A stretch of DNA of 64,000 nucleotides from Eubacteriales bacterium (GCA_045612665.1 JAZKZO010000037.1:31051-95050), one strand, 5' to 3'. Positions 47,722 through 58,111 are shown, counted from the first letter of the stretch. Translations and numbers: made by a program. Notes: generated by a model from the sequence alone, not told the origin.

Positions 47722-48827
47722 TTCTTTGCATTATCCTTAAGGTAAGCGTTTATAAATCCGTCGATATCGCCGTCCATTACAGCTTGAATGTTTCCGTCCT
47801 CGTAGCCTGTACGAGTGTCCTTTGCAAGAGTATATGGCATAAATACGTACGAACGAATTTGTGAGCCCCATTCGATATTGGTTTTGTTACCCTTGATATC
47901 CTCGATTTTATCGAGCTTTTCGCGTTCTTTTATCTCCAAGAGCTTAGATTTGAGCATTTTAAGGGCAGTTTCCTTGTTTTGGAGTTGGCTACGCTCGGTT
48001 TGACAGCCGACAACGATTCCGGTAGGAATATGAACGATTCTAATAGCGGAGTCAGTCTTGTTTACGTGCTGTCCACCTGCACCTGATGAGCGATGAGCGG
48101 TGATTTCCAAGTCAGCTTCATTGATTTCAAAAGAATTATCGTCATCAAATTCGGGCATTACCTCGACTGATGCAAATGAGGTGTGGCGTCTTCCCGAAGA
48201 GTCGAATGGAGAAACTCTTACGAGTCTGTGTACGCCGTTTTCACTTTTTAAATATCCGTAAGCATTAACGCCTTCAACTAAGATAGTTGCGCTCTTGAGA
48301 CCTGCTTCCTCGCCGTCAAGCCAGTCAAGAAGCTTAACGTTATAGCCGTGTTTTTCACCCCAACGAGTGTAAAGACGGTAGAGCATGAGCGCCCAGTCTT
48401 GAGCCTCGGTTCCGCCTGCGCCCGGATGGAATGAGATAATAGCGTTATTTTTATCATATTCGCCATTGAGAAGGACTTCGATTCTTTGTTTTTCCTCTTC
48501 AGCGATAATAGAAGCTTGGTCAGCTAAAATTTCCTCGGTCAAGCTTTCGTCATTTTCCTCGATAGCCATTTCAGCCATCATAATAGTATCCTCAAGCTTT
48601 GTTGCGAGCGCCTCGTATTTTTCAATTTTATCCTTCATTTGCTTTATTTTTTGCAAAATTTTTGTAGAGTTTTCTTGGTTAGACCAAAAATCAGGATCAA
48701 AGGTTACCTTTTCAAGCTCGGCAACCTCGGTTTTCAATTCTTCAATGCGAAGAGCATTGCCAAGCTCTTCAATATTAGCTCTGAAATTTTGAAGCTCGTG
48801 CTTTGCGTTTTCGAGTGCAATAATCAC
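47718..48827 (-). CDS. prfB: Peptide chain release factor 2, single uninterrupted frame
   Basis: SPF-type RF2 similarity and the GGQ motif (SSGAGGQHVNKT). GTG 48827 lies 7 nt after GGAGGA. The N-terminal segment (LENAKHELQNFRANIEELGNAL) is in frame with the rest of the protein. Confidence 0.9.
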   Translation of the reverse strand: MIIALENAKHELQNFRANIEELGNALRIEELKTEVAELEKVTFDPDFWSNQENSTKILQKIKQMKDKIEKYEALATKLEDTIMMAEMAIEENDESLTEEILADQASIIAEEEKQRIEVLLNGEYDKNNAIISFHPGAGGTEAQDWALMLYRLYTRWGEKHGYNVKLLDWLDGEEAGLKSATILVEGVNAYGYLKSENGVHRLVRVSPFDSSGRRHTSFASVEVMPEFDDDNSFEINEADLEITAHRSSGAGGQHVNKTDSAIRIVHIPTGIVVGCQTERSQLQNKETALKMLKSKLLEIKEREKLDKIEDIKGNKTNIEWGSQIRSYVFMPYTLAKDTRTGYEDGNIQAVMDGDIDGFINAYLKDNAKK

Positions 48828-48998
48828 TATAAAATCCTCCAAATTTAGTAAAAACTTATAATATACGATAAGTATATCATATAAGAAAGAAAAAAACAAA
48901 CATTTTTTTAAATAAATAGCAAAAAAATAGTAATATAATTGATTTTTAAGTTTTTTTATGGTACGATATATAAAATAGGATATTTTAAGGAGAGAAAT

Positions 48999-49256
48999 AT
49001 GAGATTGGTTCTCGATAGAATCGTGTCAAACGAACAAGGAAAAAGAATAGCTGTTTTCGAATGTGATGATGAAATTATCAAGGTTGTTGAGGACAATATG
49101 CCAAGTGGCTTGATCGATAAATTGTATTCGGGTGTGATAATTGAGGCGGATTGCTTGGGCGATACGATTTCAAACGTAAAATTATTGATAAACGAGACCG
49201 AAAACAAAAGAACGGAGATGAAAAGTCGACTAAGTCGATTTTCACGCAAAAAATAA
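48999..49256 (+). CDS. DUF3006 family small protein
   Basis: MRLVLDRIVSNEQGKRIAVFECDD... matches the DUF3006 pattern (N-terminal beta domain, basic tail). ATG 48999 follows an AAGGAGAG RBS. Confidence 0.7.
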   Translation: MRLVLDRIVSNEQGKRIAVFECDDEIIKVVEDNMPSGLIDKLYSGVIIEADCLGDTISNVKLLINETENKRTEMKSRLSRFSRKK

Positions 49257-49257
49257 A

Positions 49258-50211
49258 ATGAGTAGAAAAACGGTTAAAGATATAAAAAATCAAGCATCTA
49301 AATATATGGTTGTTCTTGAAAGGGATAATCAAATTGCTGTATATCGTGAGAGGAACACATATCGCAGATACTCGCTTCCTACTTTTGAAAAAGAAATGGG
49401 TAAATCTCCCGAGTCAACTATTATAAAGCAATATAAATCGAAAATGGGATATGAAATTATAAATCTCGTTTTCAAAGGCTTAATCAAAAGAATAATAGAT
49501 GAACAAGGCACAACCGAAAACATTCTCTTGTATCGCGGTACTGAGTGCTATGGAAGTCCAAAATCCGATAAAAGAAGTGCTACTGAATGGATATCAAAGG
49601 AGCGCTTGCATAGATATCAAAAGGGTGGAGACGTTGCACAAGCTATTGCTGATTTGACCGAAGATCCTTGTTCTGTATTTACATATAGATTTGGCGAAAG
49701 CGAGCCTGTCAAATTAGAGATTTGTATGATTGACCGCATTTGCGAAAAGCATATTCCCGAGGTTGTTGATGTTATAAGATTGGGTTATAGAACTGTCGAG
49801 CAAACTTATGCATTTTCTAAAGCGGAGTTTCCTAATTTTGCGGGATATATGGTTACAAATGAATTTATGAGAAAATTCTACAAGAAACCAAATCAGTATG
49901 TTTTTGCATATTTTGACAACGAAAAGATTTTAGGCACAATATCGCTTTGTCATAATAAAAAATTAAATATGGCTGAATTCTGTCTTTTGGCAGTTCATCC
50001 AGAGTATATGAAAACAAAAATTGGAAGATCGCTGTTGAGTTATGCGGTTGATTTTGCGAAAAACCTAGGTTGTATCGGCATAAGTGCCGAAATGATGTTC
50101 GAAAACACTCCTTTGAAAAATTGGATTTTAAGAAGAGGCTTTGAGGTTGATAAAACCTTTAAAGCGCCAAACTGTCCGTATAAAATCGGAGTTGTTAAGA
50201 AAATGTTTTGA
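49258..50211 (+). CDS. Two-domain protein: N-terminal Nudix-like fold with a degenerate Nudix box, plus a C-terminal GNAT acetyltransferase
   Basis: The C terminus carries a GNAT motif A region (LLAVHPEYMKTKIGRSLLSYAV). In the N terminus, VVLERDNQIAVYRER...YSLPTFEKEMGKSPESTIIKQYKSKMGYEI aligns to a Nudix box, but the REUxEE glutamates are replaced. Confidence 0.7.
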   Translation: MSRKTVKDIKNQASKYMVVLERDNQIAVYRERNTYRRYSLPTFEKEMGKSPESTIIKQYKSKMGYEIINLVFKGLIKRIIDEQGTTENILLYRGTECYGSPKSDKRSATEWISKERLHRYQKGGDVAQAIADLTEDPCSVFTYRFGESEPVKLEICMIDRICEKHIPEVVDVIRLGYRTVEQTYAFSKAEFPNFAGYMVTNEFMRKFYKKPNQYVFAYFDNEKILGTISLCHNKKLNMAEFCLLAVHPEYMKTKIGRSLLSYAVDFAKNLGCIGISAEMMFENTPLKNWILRRGFEVDKTFKAPNCPYKIGVVKKMF

Positions 50212-50213
50212 AT

Positions 50214-50243
50214 AAAAAACGAGCGAAATTCGCTCGTTTTTTG
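50214..50243. terminator. Bidirectional terminator between convergent genes
   Basis: CGAGCG/CGCTCG stem flanked by A6 and T6. Confidence 0.8.
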
Positions 50244-50248
50244 TTTTA

Positions 50249-53200
50249 TTAGAGAACCTCGACGGAAATGGTAACCTTATTTCCGTTTATATCCCATTCC
50301 TTGGAGTGTGTTGCGGTTGCATCATATTCGAACTTGTCTCCCAAAACAACCTTTGAGATTTCAGCCTCATTTTTCTTGATGATAAGAGCAATTTTCTCGT
50401 TTCCGCTTACACAAACCTTGATATGGTCGGTTACGTTGAATCCTGAATCCTTTCTCATTGTTTGGATTTTGCTGATGATTTCGTTTACATATCCTTCTTC
50501 GATGAGCGCATCGGTAAGATTAGTGTCAAGAGCAACGCTAAGATACTTGTCGCTAAGAGAGCAGTAGTTTTCCTTTTGCTTTGTTTCGATAAGAAGATCC
50601 TCTTCGGCAAGGGCGATTTCAACACCGTCGCTTGCAACAAGCTTAATTACACCGTTAGAATTAAGCTCTGCCATAGCCTTGTTTCCGTCAAGCTCACTAA
50701 GCCATGTTCTGATAGCACCAAGATGCTTTCCGTATTTAGGTCCAACTGTTTTAAGCTGTGGCTTGAAGGTATATGATGAGAATTCAGACATATCGTCAAC
50801 AAATTTAACGCTCTTGATATTGAGCTCATCCTCAATGATTTCAAGATAGAAATCGGACAAGGTGTGAGATGTTTTAACATACATGGTTGCAAGTGGCTGA
50901 CGGTTCTTGAGTGAAGAGTTATTTCTTGCGGCACGACCCATAACAACGATGTCGAGAAGTGCCTTCATATCTTCTTCAAGATTAGCATCAATAGCGTTTT
51001 CGTCAACTGCAGGGAAGTCGCAAAGATGGATGCTTTCTGGGGCGTTTTTGTCGAGATTGCAAACAAGATTTCTATAAATATCCTCTGCCATGAATGGAAT
51101 CATAGGAGCACTTGCTTTAGCAGTTGTAACAAGAGCTGTATAAAGAGTCATATATGCTGCGATCTTATCGTCGGTCATGCCCTGTACCCAGTATCTTTCA
51201 CGACCGCGACGAACGTACCAGTTAGACATATCGTCAACAAAGGATTCAAGTGCCTTACAAGCCTCAGGAATCTTGTAGTTTTCAAGACAACTGTCAACCT
51301 CTTTTACAGTTGAATTCATTCTTGAAAGGAGCCATTTGTCCATAATAGAAAGCTTAGCATTTTCAAGCTTGTAATCCATAGGATTAAACTTGTCAATATT
51401 AGCATAGAGGACATAGAACGCGTAAGTATTCCAAAGAGTTCCCATGAACTTTCTTTGTCCCTCAATTACTGCCTTACCGTGGAAACGGTTAGGAAGCCAA
51501 GGAGCGGAGTTAGTATAGAAATACCAACGAATAGCGTCCGCGCCATATGTTTCGAGCGCCTCAAACGGATCTACTGCATTACCCTTTGATTTGGACATTT
51601 TTTGACCGTTTTCATCCTGTACGTGACCAAGAACAATTACATTCTTGTAAGGAGCCTTATCAAAGATAAGAGTTGAAATGGCAAGAAGTGAATAGAACCA
51701 ACCTCTTGTTTGGTCTACAGCCTCTGAAATGAAGTCGGCAGGGAATTGTGCATCAAAGAGATCCTTGTTTTCAAAAGGATAGTGATGCTGTGCGAATGGC
51801 ATTGCACCGGAGTCAAACCAACAGTCAATAACCTCAGGAACACGATGCATTTGTCCGCCACATTTTTCGCACTTTATAGTAACTGCATCAACGTAAGGAC
51901 GGTGAAGCTCAATATTGTCAGGACAGTTATCTGACATTGATTTCAACTCCTCGATAGAGCCAATAGAATGCTTGTGTCCACACTCGCACTCCCAAATGTT
52001 CAAAGGAGTTCCCCAGTATCTGTTACGGCTAATTCCCCAGTCTTGAACATTTTCAATCCAAGCACCGAAACGGCCTTTTCCGATTGATTCAGGAATCCAG
52101 TTTATGGTGTTGTTATTTTTGATAAGATTGTCTCTTACTGCGCTCATCTTGATAAACCAAGACTCACGAGCATAGTAAATAAGAGGAGTATCGCATCTCC
52201 AACAGAAAGGATAATCGTGCTCGAACTTTGGAGCATCAAAAAGCTTTCCTTGCTCATCGAGATCCTTGAGAATAACAGGGTCTGCCTTCTTTACAAACAT
52301 TCCTGCATAAGGAGTATCAGCTGTCATTTCGCCCTTTCCATTTACGAATTGAACAAATGGAAGGTCATAAATTCTACCTACCTTTGAGTCATCCTCACCA
52401 AAAGCAGGAGCAATGTGTACAATACCAGTACCGTCAGACATTGTAACGTAGTTATCACAAGTGATAAAGTGAGCCTTTTTGCCCTGCTTTTTAGCAGAAA
52501 CGCCAGCACATTCAAAAAGTGGCTCGTATTCAAGGTATTCAAGCTGTTTACCTGTGTATTTGTCGGTGATCTCATAAGCCTTTTCGCCTTCGGAAGCAAG
52601 GGGAGAGAGGACCTTATCAAGAAGCGCCTCAGCCATATAGTAAACCTTGCCATCAGCAGCCTTAACTCTGCAATATGTTTCGTCAGGGTTAACGCAAAGT
52701 GCTACATTCGAAGGAAGAGTCCAAGGAGTAGTAGTCCAAGCGAGGAAATACGCATCCTCATCTGCTTTTTTAAATCTTACAACAGCAGAGCGCTCCTTAA
52801 CGCTCTTGTAGCCCTGCGCAACCTCGTGAGAGGAAAGAGGAGTGCCACAACGAGGGCAATAAGGAACTATTTTAAAGCCCTTGTAGAGAAGACCCTTGTC
52901 CCAAATTTGCTTAAGCGCCCACCACTCGGATTCGATAAAGTTATTGTGATAAGTAACATAAGGATCGTCCATATCAGCCCAGAAACCAACGGTTGCGGAG
53001 AAATCCTCCCACATTCCCTTGTATTTCCAAACGCTTTCCTTACATTTGCCAATAAATGGATCAAGGCCGTATTGCTCGATTTGCTCCTTTCCGTCAAGAC
53101 CGAGTAGCTTTTCCACCTCAAGCTCAACAGGAAGACCGTGAGTATCCCAGCCCGCTTTACGAGGAACCATATATCCCTTCATGGTTCTGTAACGAGGGAT

Positions 53201-53401
53201 CATATCCTTGATTACACGGGTCAAAACGTGTCCTATATGTGGCTTTCCGTTAGCCGTTGGAGGACCGTCATAGAATGTGTAGGAAGGTGCGTTTTCGCGC
53301 ATTTTGATGCTCTTTTCAAAAATGGCATTATCCTTCCAGAATTTTTCAGTTGCTTTTTCTCTTTCAACAAAATTGAGATTAGTTGCGACTTTGTCGTACA
53401 T
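50249..53401 (-). CDS. ileS: Isoleucine--tRNA ligase (long, type 2-like form)
   Basis: 1050 aa with HIGH (PHIGHV) and KMSKS motifs and a CP1 editing domain. Confidence 0.95.
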   Translation of the reverse strand: MYDKVATNLNFVEREKATEKFWKDNAIFEKSIKMRENAPSYTFYDGPPTANGKPHIGHVLTRVIKDMIPRYRTMKGYMVPRKAGWDTHGLPVELEVEKLLGLDGKEQIEQYGLDPFIGKCKESVWKYKGMWEDFSATVGFWADMDDPYVTYHNNFIESEWWALKQIWDKGLLYKGFKIVPYCPRCGTPLSSHEVAQGYKSVKERSAVVRFKKADEDAYFLAWTTTPWTLPSNVALCVNPDETYCRVKAADGKVYYMAEALLDKVLSPLASEGEKAYEITDKYTGKQLEYLEYEPLFECAGVSAKKQGKKAHFITCDNYVTMSDGTGIVHIAPAFGEDDSKVGRIYDLPFVQFVNGKGEMTADTPYAGMFVKKADPVILKDLDEQGKLFDAPKFEHDYPFCWRCDTPLIYYARESWFIKMSAVRDNLIKNNNTINWIPESIGKGRFGAWIENVQDWGISRNRYWGTPLNIWECECGHKHSIGSIEELKSMSDNCPDNIELHRPYVDAVTIKCEKCGGQMHRVPEVIDCWFDSGAMPFAQHHYPFENKDLFDAQFPADFISEAVDQTRGWFYSLLAISTLIFDKAPYKNVIVLGHVQDENGQKMSKSKGNAVDPFEALETYGADAIRWYFYTNSAPWLPNRFHGKAVIEGQRKFMGTLWNTYAFYVLYANIDKFNPMDYKLENAKLSIMDKWLLSRMNSTVKEVDSCLENYKIPEACKALESFVDDMSNWYVRRGRERYWVQGMTDDKIAAYMTLYTALVTTAKASAPMIPFMAEDIYRNLVCNLDKNAPESIHLCDFPAVDENAIDANLEEDMKALLDIVVMGRAARNNSSLKNRQPLATMYVKTSHTLSDFYLEIIEDELNIKSVKFVDDMSEFSSYTFKPQLKTVGPKYGKHLGAIRTWLSELDGNKAMAELNSNGVIKLVASDGVEIALAEEDLLIETKQKENYCSLSDKYLSVALDTNLTDALIEEGYVNEIISKIQTMRKDSGFNVTDHIKVCVSGNEKIALIIKKNEAEISKVVLGDKFEYDATATHSKEWDINGNKVTISVEVL

Positions 53402-53430
53402 ATTTATATTCCTTTCTCAATAAAATTTTT

Positions 53431-53665
53431 AAAAATAAAATCTCGTCCCGTATGAAAACAGGACGAGATTGATATCGTAACCACCTATTCAACATACATA
53501 CTATATGCGTCCCTTTTAACGGTGGGATACCGTCGCAGACTACTGAATTCGCCTCGAAGCTCGGAAGTGATGTTCGTTCAAACCTAATAGCGTTGGGCTT
53601 ACACCGTCCCCAACTCGCTAGGGCGTTCAATTTGAATTACTGTCTTCGTCTCAGCTTTTATTATT
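53431..53665 (-). promoter_or_regulatory. T-box leader (Ile specifier AUC) with terminator
   Basis: On the minus strand: a Stem I region with AGCGAG/GGUG elements, a specifier context GAACAUCA (codon AUC at 53569-53571), an AGUA S-turn, the T-box sequence AAUAGGUGGUUACGAU (the UGGU bulge matches an A discriminator), and a terminator AAUCUCGUCC/GGACGAGAUU (53439-53470) followed by a U-run. Confidence 0.85.
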
Positions 53666-53671
53666 GATTAG

Positions 53672-53700
53672 ATTTTATCATTAAAATAATGATTTGTCAA
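53672..53700 (-). promoter_or_regulatory. Promoter of the ileS T-box leader
   Basis: On the minus strand: TTGACA, 17 nt, TAAAAT. The -35 hexamer starts immediately after the glyQS stop codon. Confidence 0.65.
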
Positions 53701-55092
53701 TTAAAAATACAATTTTTCTTGAATGTAGTTCTTGAGCTCGGCAATAGGAAGACGAATTTGTTCCATTGTGTCTCTATCACGAACTGTTACGCAACCGTCG
53801 TTTTCGGTGTCGAAGTCGTATGTGATGCAGAAAGGAGTACCGATTTCGTCTTGACGGCGATATCTCTTTCCGATAGAGCCTGTTTCGTCAAATTCAACAT
53901 TGAAATACTTTGAAAGCTCAGTATAAACCTCTTCAGCCTTTTCAGAAAGCTTCTTAGAGAGTGGGAGAATAGCAGCTTTAACAGGAGCAAGAGCAGGATG
54001 GAAGTGCATAACTGTTCTTACATCGTTTTCTCCAACTGTTTCTTCGTCATAAGCCTCTACCAAGAATGCAAGAGTTACACGGTCAGCACCAAGGGATGGC
54101 TCAATAACGTATGGAATGTATTTTTCGTTAGTTTCAGGATCAAAATATTCCATATTTTCGCCCGAAAGATTAGCGTGTTGAGTAAGGTCGTAGTCAGTAC
54201 GGTCTGCGATTCCCCAAAGCTCACCCCAACCGAATGGGAAGAGGTATTCAAAGTCGGTTGTAGCCTTAGAGTAGAAGCAAAGCTCCTCTGGATCGTGGTC
54301 GCGAAGTCTAAGATTTTCCTTGTTCATACCAAGGTTATAGAGGAAGTTAGCGCAGTAATCCTTCCAGAAAGCGAACCATTTAAGATCGGTGCCTGGCTTG
54401 CAGAAGAATTCAAGCTCCATTTGCTCGAATTCACGGATACGGAAGATGAAGTTTCCGGGAGTGATTTCGTTTCTAAATGATTTTCCTATTTGTCCAACAC
54501 CGAAAGGAAGTTTCTTTCTAGTAGTTCTTGCGATGTTTTTGAAGTTTACAAAAATACCTTGTGCAGTTTCTGGACGGAGATAAAGCTCGGATGTTGAATC
54601 CTCTGTTACTCCTTGGAAGGTCTTGAACATAAGGTTGAATTTTCTAATGTCTGTAAAATCTCCACTTCCGCAAGAAGGGCATACAATCTTATTTTCCTTA
54701 ATGAAGGAGAACATTTCGTCATTTGACATTCCAGCAGGATTTATGTTGCTTCCTGTTTGGAATGCGAAATCCTCGATAAGCTTGTCAGCACGATGTCTTG
54801 TCTTGCATTGCTTGCAGTCCATAAGTGGGTCAGAGAAACCTCCAACGTGTCCTGATGCAACCCAAACCTGTGGGTTCATAAGAATAGCACTATCAAGACC
54901 TACATTGTACTTTGATTCTTGAACAAACTTTTGCCACCAAGCCTTTTTAATGTTGTTTTTGAACTCAACTCCAAGAGGGCCGAAGTCCCATGAGTTTGCA
55001 AGACCACCGTATATTTCGGATCCGGGATATACAAAGCCTCTATTTTTACATAGAGCAACAACCTTTTCCATTGTTTTATTAGCGTTATTCAT
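53701..55092 (-). CDS. glyQS: Glycine--tRNA ligase (dimeric GlyQS type)
   Basis: 463 aa with class II aaRS motifs and GlyRS-specific sequence ([13 protein letters not shown] start). Confidence 0.95.
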   Translation of the reverse strand: MNNANKTMEKVVALCKNRGFVYPGSEIYGGLANSWDFGPLGVEFKNNIKKAWWQKFVQESKYNVGLDSAILMNPQVWVASGHVGGFSDPLMDCKQCKTRHRADKLIEDFAFQTGSNINPAGMSNDEMFSFIKENKIVCPSCGSGDFTDIRKFNLMFKTFQGVTEDSTSELYLRPETAQGIFVNFKNIARTTRKKLPFGVGQIGKSFRNEITPGNFIFRIREFEQMELEFFCKPGTDLKWFAFWKDYCANFLYNLGMNKENLRLRDHDPEELCFYSKATTDFEYLFPFGWGELWGIADRTDYDLTQHANLSGENMEYFDPETNEKYIPYVIEPSLGADRVTLAFLVEAYDEETVGENDVRTVMHFHPALAPVKAAILPLSKKLSEKAEEVYTELSKYFNVEFDETGSIGKRYRRQDEIGTPFCITYDFDTENDGCVTVRDRDTMEQIRLPIAELKNYIQEKLYF

Positions 55093-55130
55093 AACTGAAA
55101 CCTCTCATATGAAAATTATTTTTCTCATAT

Positions 55131-55159
55131 ATTATATAGTAAAAAATTCTCGATTTCAA
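55131..55159 (-). promoter_or_regulatory. Candidate promoter of glyQS
   Basis: On the minus strand: TTGAAA, 17 nt, TATAAT. The leader is short (about 45 nt). Confidence 0.55.
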
Positions 55160-55290
55160 GTATAAAAATAAAATTATAATAAAATATATGTAAATTTGTA
55201 TAATAATTACAAGTAATGAGCGTTATATAGGGACTTTTTTGTGCATCAAATTGAAATACTTAAAAAGAATTGAAAAAAATAAAAAAACTA

Positions 55291-55319
55291 TTGATTTTTA
55301 AAAAACTTTTTGTTATAAT
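55291..55319 (+). promoter_or_regulatory. Candidate promoter of ptsH
   Basis: TTGATT, 17 nt, TATAAT, with TG at the extended -10 position. Confidence 0.6.
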
Positions 55320-55362
55320 AAGTTTCAGTATTTTGAGAAATGCCTAATAAGAGGAGAAAAAT

Positions 55363-55626
55363 ATGATATCACGTGACGTTACAATTGTAAATGATGTTGG
55401 ATTGCATGCAAGACCTGCTACATTCTTCATCCAAAAGGCCAATTCTTACAAGGCATCTCTTTGGATTGAAAAGGACGATCGCAGAGTTAATGCAAAGAGC
55501 TTGCTTGGAGTTCTTTCTATGGGAATTGTAAAGGGAACTGTTGTTACTATCATCGCTGACGGTGAGGAAGAGGCAGTAGCTGTTGAAGGTCTTATAGAAT
55601 TGATATCCAAAGGACTCAACGACTAA
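55363..55626 (+). CDS. ptsH: Phosphocarrier protein HPr
   Basis: His15 context GLHARPA and Ser46 context NAKSLLGVLSMG. Confidence 0.9.
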   Translation: MISRDVTIVNDVGLHARPATFFIQKANSYKASLWIEKDDRRVNAKSLLGVLSMGIVKGTVVTIIADGEEEAVAVEGLIELISKGLND

Positions 55627-55688
55627 TTTAATAAAATTGTGGCGATGGTTTTTGACTATCGCCTATTTCTTTGAAAGGGGTGATTTTT

Positions 55689-57533
55689 GTGACGGACGAA
55701 AAGCTTAAGTATCTTCGTGATAAGGCTTCTAAGCTTCCGCGTACACCGGGCGTTTATATTATGCTTGATAAAAACGGAAAAGTGATATACGTTGGAAAAT
55801 CACGTTCCCTTAAGGATAGAGTATCACAATATTTTCATCTTTCCCCTGATGCAAGCCTAAAAACATTTAGAATGGTTTCTCAAATAAATGATTTTGAAAC
55901 CGTTTTTTGCGATACAGAAATGGAAGCATTGGCGCTTGAAAACACGAAAATCAAGCAATATACCCCTAAGTATAATATTCTTTTGAAGGATTCGAAATCT
56001 TATCCGTATATAAAGATTACTATGAATGAACAATATCCAAGGCTTTTGCAAACTAGAAAAAGGCTTTCTGACGGCGCAAAATATTTTGGGCCTTATTCAG
56101 GAATGTCGGTTGTATACGGAGTTATGGGGACTCTTGAAAGAGCACTTGGTATACCAATGTGTAAAAGGCAATTTCCAAAAGATATAGGAAAAGAACGCCC
56201 TTGCATATATAAGCAGATTGGCAGATGCGTTGCTCCTTGCGATAACAGTATAAGTGCAGAGGAATATTATAAAATTATGCAATGCGCTGTGAGTATATTG
56301 AGAGGAAATACAAGGGAAGCAATCAATGCGTTGACCGAACAAATGTATGCTCACGCCGAAAATGAGCGCTTTGAGGATGCTGCACGTTGCCGTGACGGCA
56401 TTGAGGCGATGAAACGCTTAGGAGAAGGACAAAAGGTTGTTGGCGCGCCAGATGATGAATATGACGTTATTGCGGTTTATTCTGACGATACCTGCACTTG
56501 CGTTTCCGTGTTTTATATAAGGAGTGGTCTTATATCCGACAGCGAAAGCTTTGCGTTTGGAGCTAGTGAAATAAATGTTGACGATGAATATGAATATATG
56601 ACTTCGTTTTTGACTGATTTATATTCTAGGCGAGAGTATATTCCATCTCAAATTCTTCTTTCATTTGATTTTCCTGAGTGCGAAAGAGCTCTTGTTGAAG
56701 AGTATTTAAGGAAAATGTCAGGTAGAGCGATAAACGTTAAAATTCCTCAAAAAGGAAATAGCAAAAAGCTTTGCGAAATGGTGCTTTTGAACGCCAAGCA
56801 ACAGGCTATGCAATATAGAGAAAAGCACGAAAGAGACACAAAAACCCTTTTTAAGCTTGGTAATATGCTTGGTCTTGAGGCAATGCCGGAAAGAATAGAG
56901 GCTTATGATATTTCTAATTTGGGAAACGAACACATTACCGCGGGAATGATTGTTTTTGAAAACGGAAAGCTCAGTAAAGATGATTATCGCGTATTCAAAA
57001 TTAAAAATCAGGACGGAGCGGACGATTATTCTGCTATGAGAGAGGTCCTTTTGAGAAGAGTATCTCATTTGCAGGACGAAAAGGGTAGCTTTTCGAAAAT
57101 GCCCGATCTTATACTGCTTGATGGCGGAATGACTCACGTGGGTGTTGCGAAAAAGCTTTTTGAAGAGTTAGGTGTCAACATTCCTATTTTTGGAATGGTC
57201 AAGGATGAGCACCACAAAACACGAACTATTGTAACTGACGAGGAAGAAATAAGTATTGCAAAGGAGCAATCAGTTTTTGTATTTGTTTATAAGCTTCAAG
57301 AAGAGGTTCATAGATTTACTGTTACAAAAATGGATTTTTCTAAGAGGAAAACCTTGAAAACCTCATCTCTTGAGAAAATTCAGGGGATTGGAAAGGAAAA
57401 GGCAAAAAGGCTTCTTGCTCATTTTAAAACGATTTCTGCCATTAAAAAGGCACAGATAGAGGAAATTTTGGCAGTGAAGGGGATTTCTGATGCTGATGCC
57501 CAAAATATATACGACTACTTTAATAAGGATTGA
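55689..57533 (+). CDS. uvrC: Excinuclease ABC subunit C
   Basis: GIY-YIG N terminus (PGVYIMLD...IYVGKS), a UvrBC domain and a C-terminal HhH. GTG 55689 follows a GGGGTGA RBS. Confidence 0.9.
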   Translation: MTDEKLKYLRDKASKLPRTPGVYIMLDKNGKVIYVGKSRSLKDRVSQYFHLSPDASLKTFRMVSQINDFETVFCDTEMEALALENTKIKQYTPKYNILLKDSKSYPYIKITMNEQYPRLLQTRKRLSDGAKYFGPYSGMSVVYGVMGTLERALGIPMCKRQFPKDIGKERPCIYKQIGRCVAPCDNSISAEEYYKIMQCAVSILRGNTREAINALTEQMYAHAENERFEDAARCRDGIEAMKRLGEGQKVVGAPDDEYDVIAVYSDDTCTCVSVFYIRSGLISDSESFAFGASEINVDDEYEYMTSFLTDLYSRREYIPSQILLSFDFPECERALVEEYLRKMSGRAINVKIPQKGNSKKLCEMVLLNAKQQAMQYREKHERDTKTLFKLGNMLGLEAMPERIEAYDISNLGNEHITAGMIVFENGKLSKDDYRVFKIKNQDGADDYSAMREVLLRRVSHLQDEKGSFSKMPDLILLDGGMTHVGVAKKLFEELGVNIPIFGMVKDEHHKTRTIVTDEEEISIAKEQSVFVFVYKLQEEVHRFTVTKMDFSKRKTLKTSSLEKIQGIGKEKAKRLLAHFKTISAIKKAQIEEILAVKGISDADAQNIYDYFNKD

Positions 57534-57541
57534 GGTACTTT

Positions 57542-58111
57542 ATGAAAATTATTACCGGAAGTGCAAAGGGAATGAACTTGCAAACACTTGAAGGGGATGC
57601 AACAAGACCAACCTCACAAAGAGTAAAGGAAGCGGTTTTTTCCATGATACAATTTGAAATAGAGGGCGCTACCGTTTTGGATGTTTTTGCCGGCTGTGGT
57701 CAATTAGGGCTTGAGGCGCTCAGCAGAGGCGCAAAAAAAGCAACGTTTTGTGATTTATCAAGGGATGCAGTGGATATCATAATTGCAAATGCGAAGAAAA
57801 CAAGACTTTTTGATAGATGCAGAGTTTCTTGCTGTGATTATAAGCAAATGATAAGAGGGCTGGCAGGCAAGGAGTCCTTTGACTTTATATTTATCGATCC
57901 GCCTTACAAGGATAAAGTGATTCCAAATGTTTTGAGAGAGCTTTTGAAAGCCGACGTTATTGCGAATGGGGCGAAAATTATTTGTGAGAGCTCCGACGCC
58001 GATGTCTTTTGTGCAGACGAGGAATTGTCAAGGGAGTTCGACGTATTTAAACAGTCTAAATATTCCATTAGCTATATTACTGTTTTGACATTGAAAAACG
58101 ACGAGGAATAA
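57542..58111 (+). CDS. rsmD: 16S rRNA (guanine966-N2)-methyltransferase
   Basis: RPTSQRVKEAVFSMI and DPPY motifs. ATG 57542 follows a GAGG RBS. Confidence 0.85.
   Translation: MKIITGSAKGMNLQTLEGDATRPTSQRVKEAVFSMIQFEIEGATVLDVFAGCGQLGLEALSRGAKKATFCDLSRDAVDIIIANAKKTRLFDRCRVSCCDYKQMIRGLAGKESFDFIFIDPPYKDKVIPNVLRELLKADVIANGAKIICESSDADVFCADEELSREFDVFKQSKYSISYITVLTLKNDEE

Noticed and set aside
47718-48899. I looked for the programmed +1 frameshift site typical of prfB (RF2).
   Set aside because: The N-terminal RF2 segment (LENAKHELQNFRANIEELGNAL) is in the same frame as the rest of the protein. A GTG start at 48827 lies 7 nt after GGAGGA. There is no in-frame UGA and no upstream short ORF, so this RF2 is encoded without a frameshift. 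The extra 24 codons in the track ORF are just upstream read-through.
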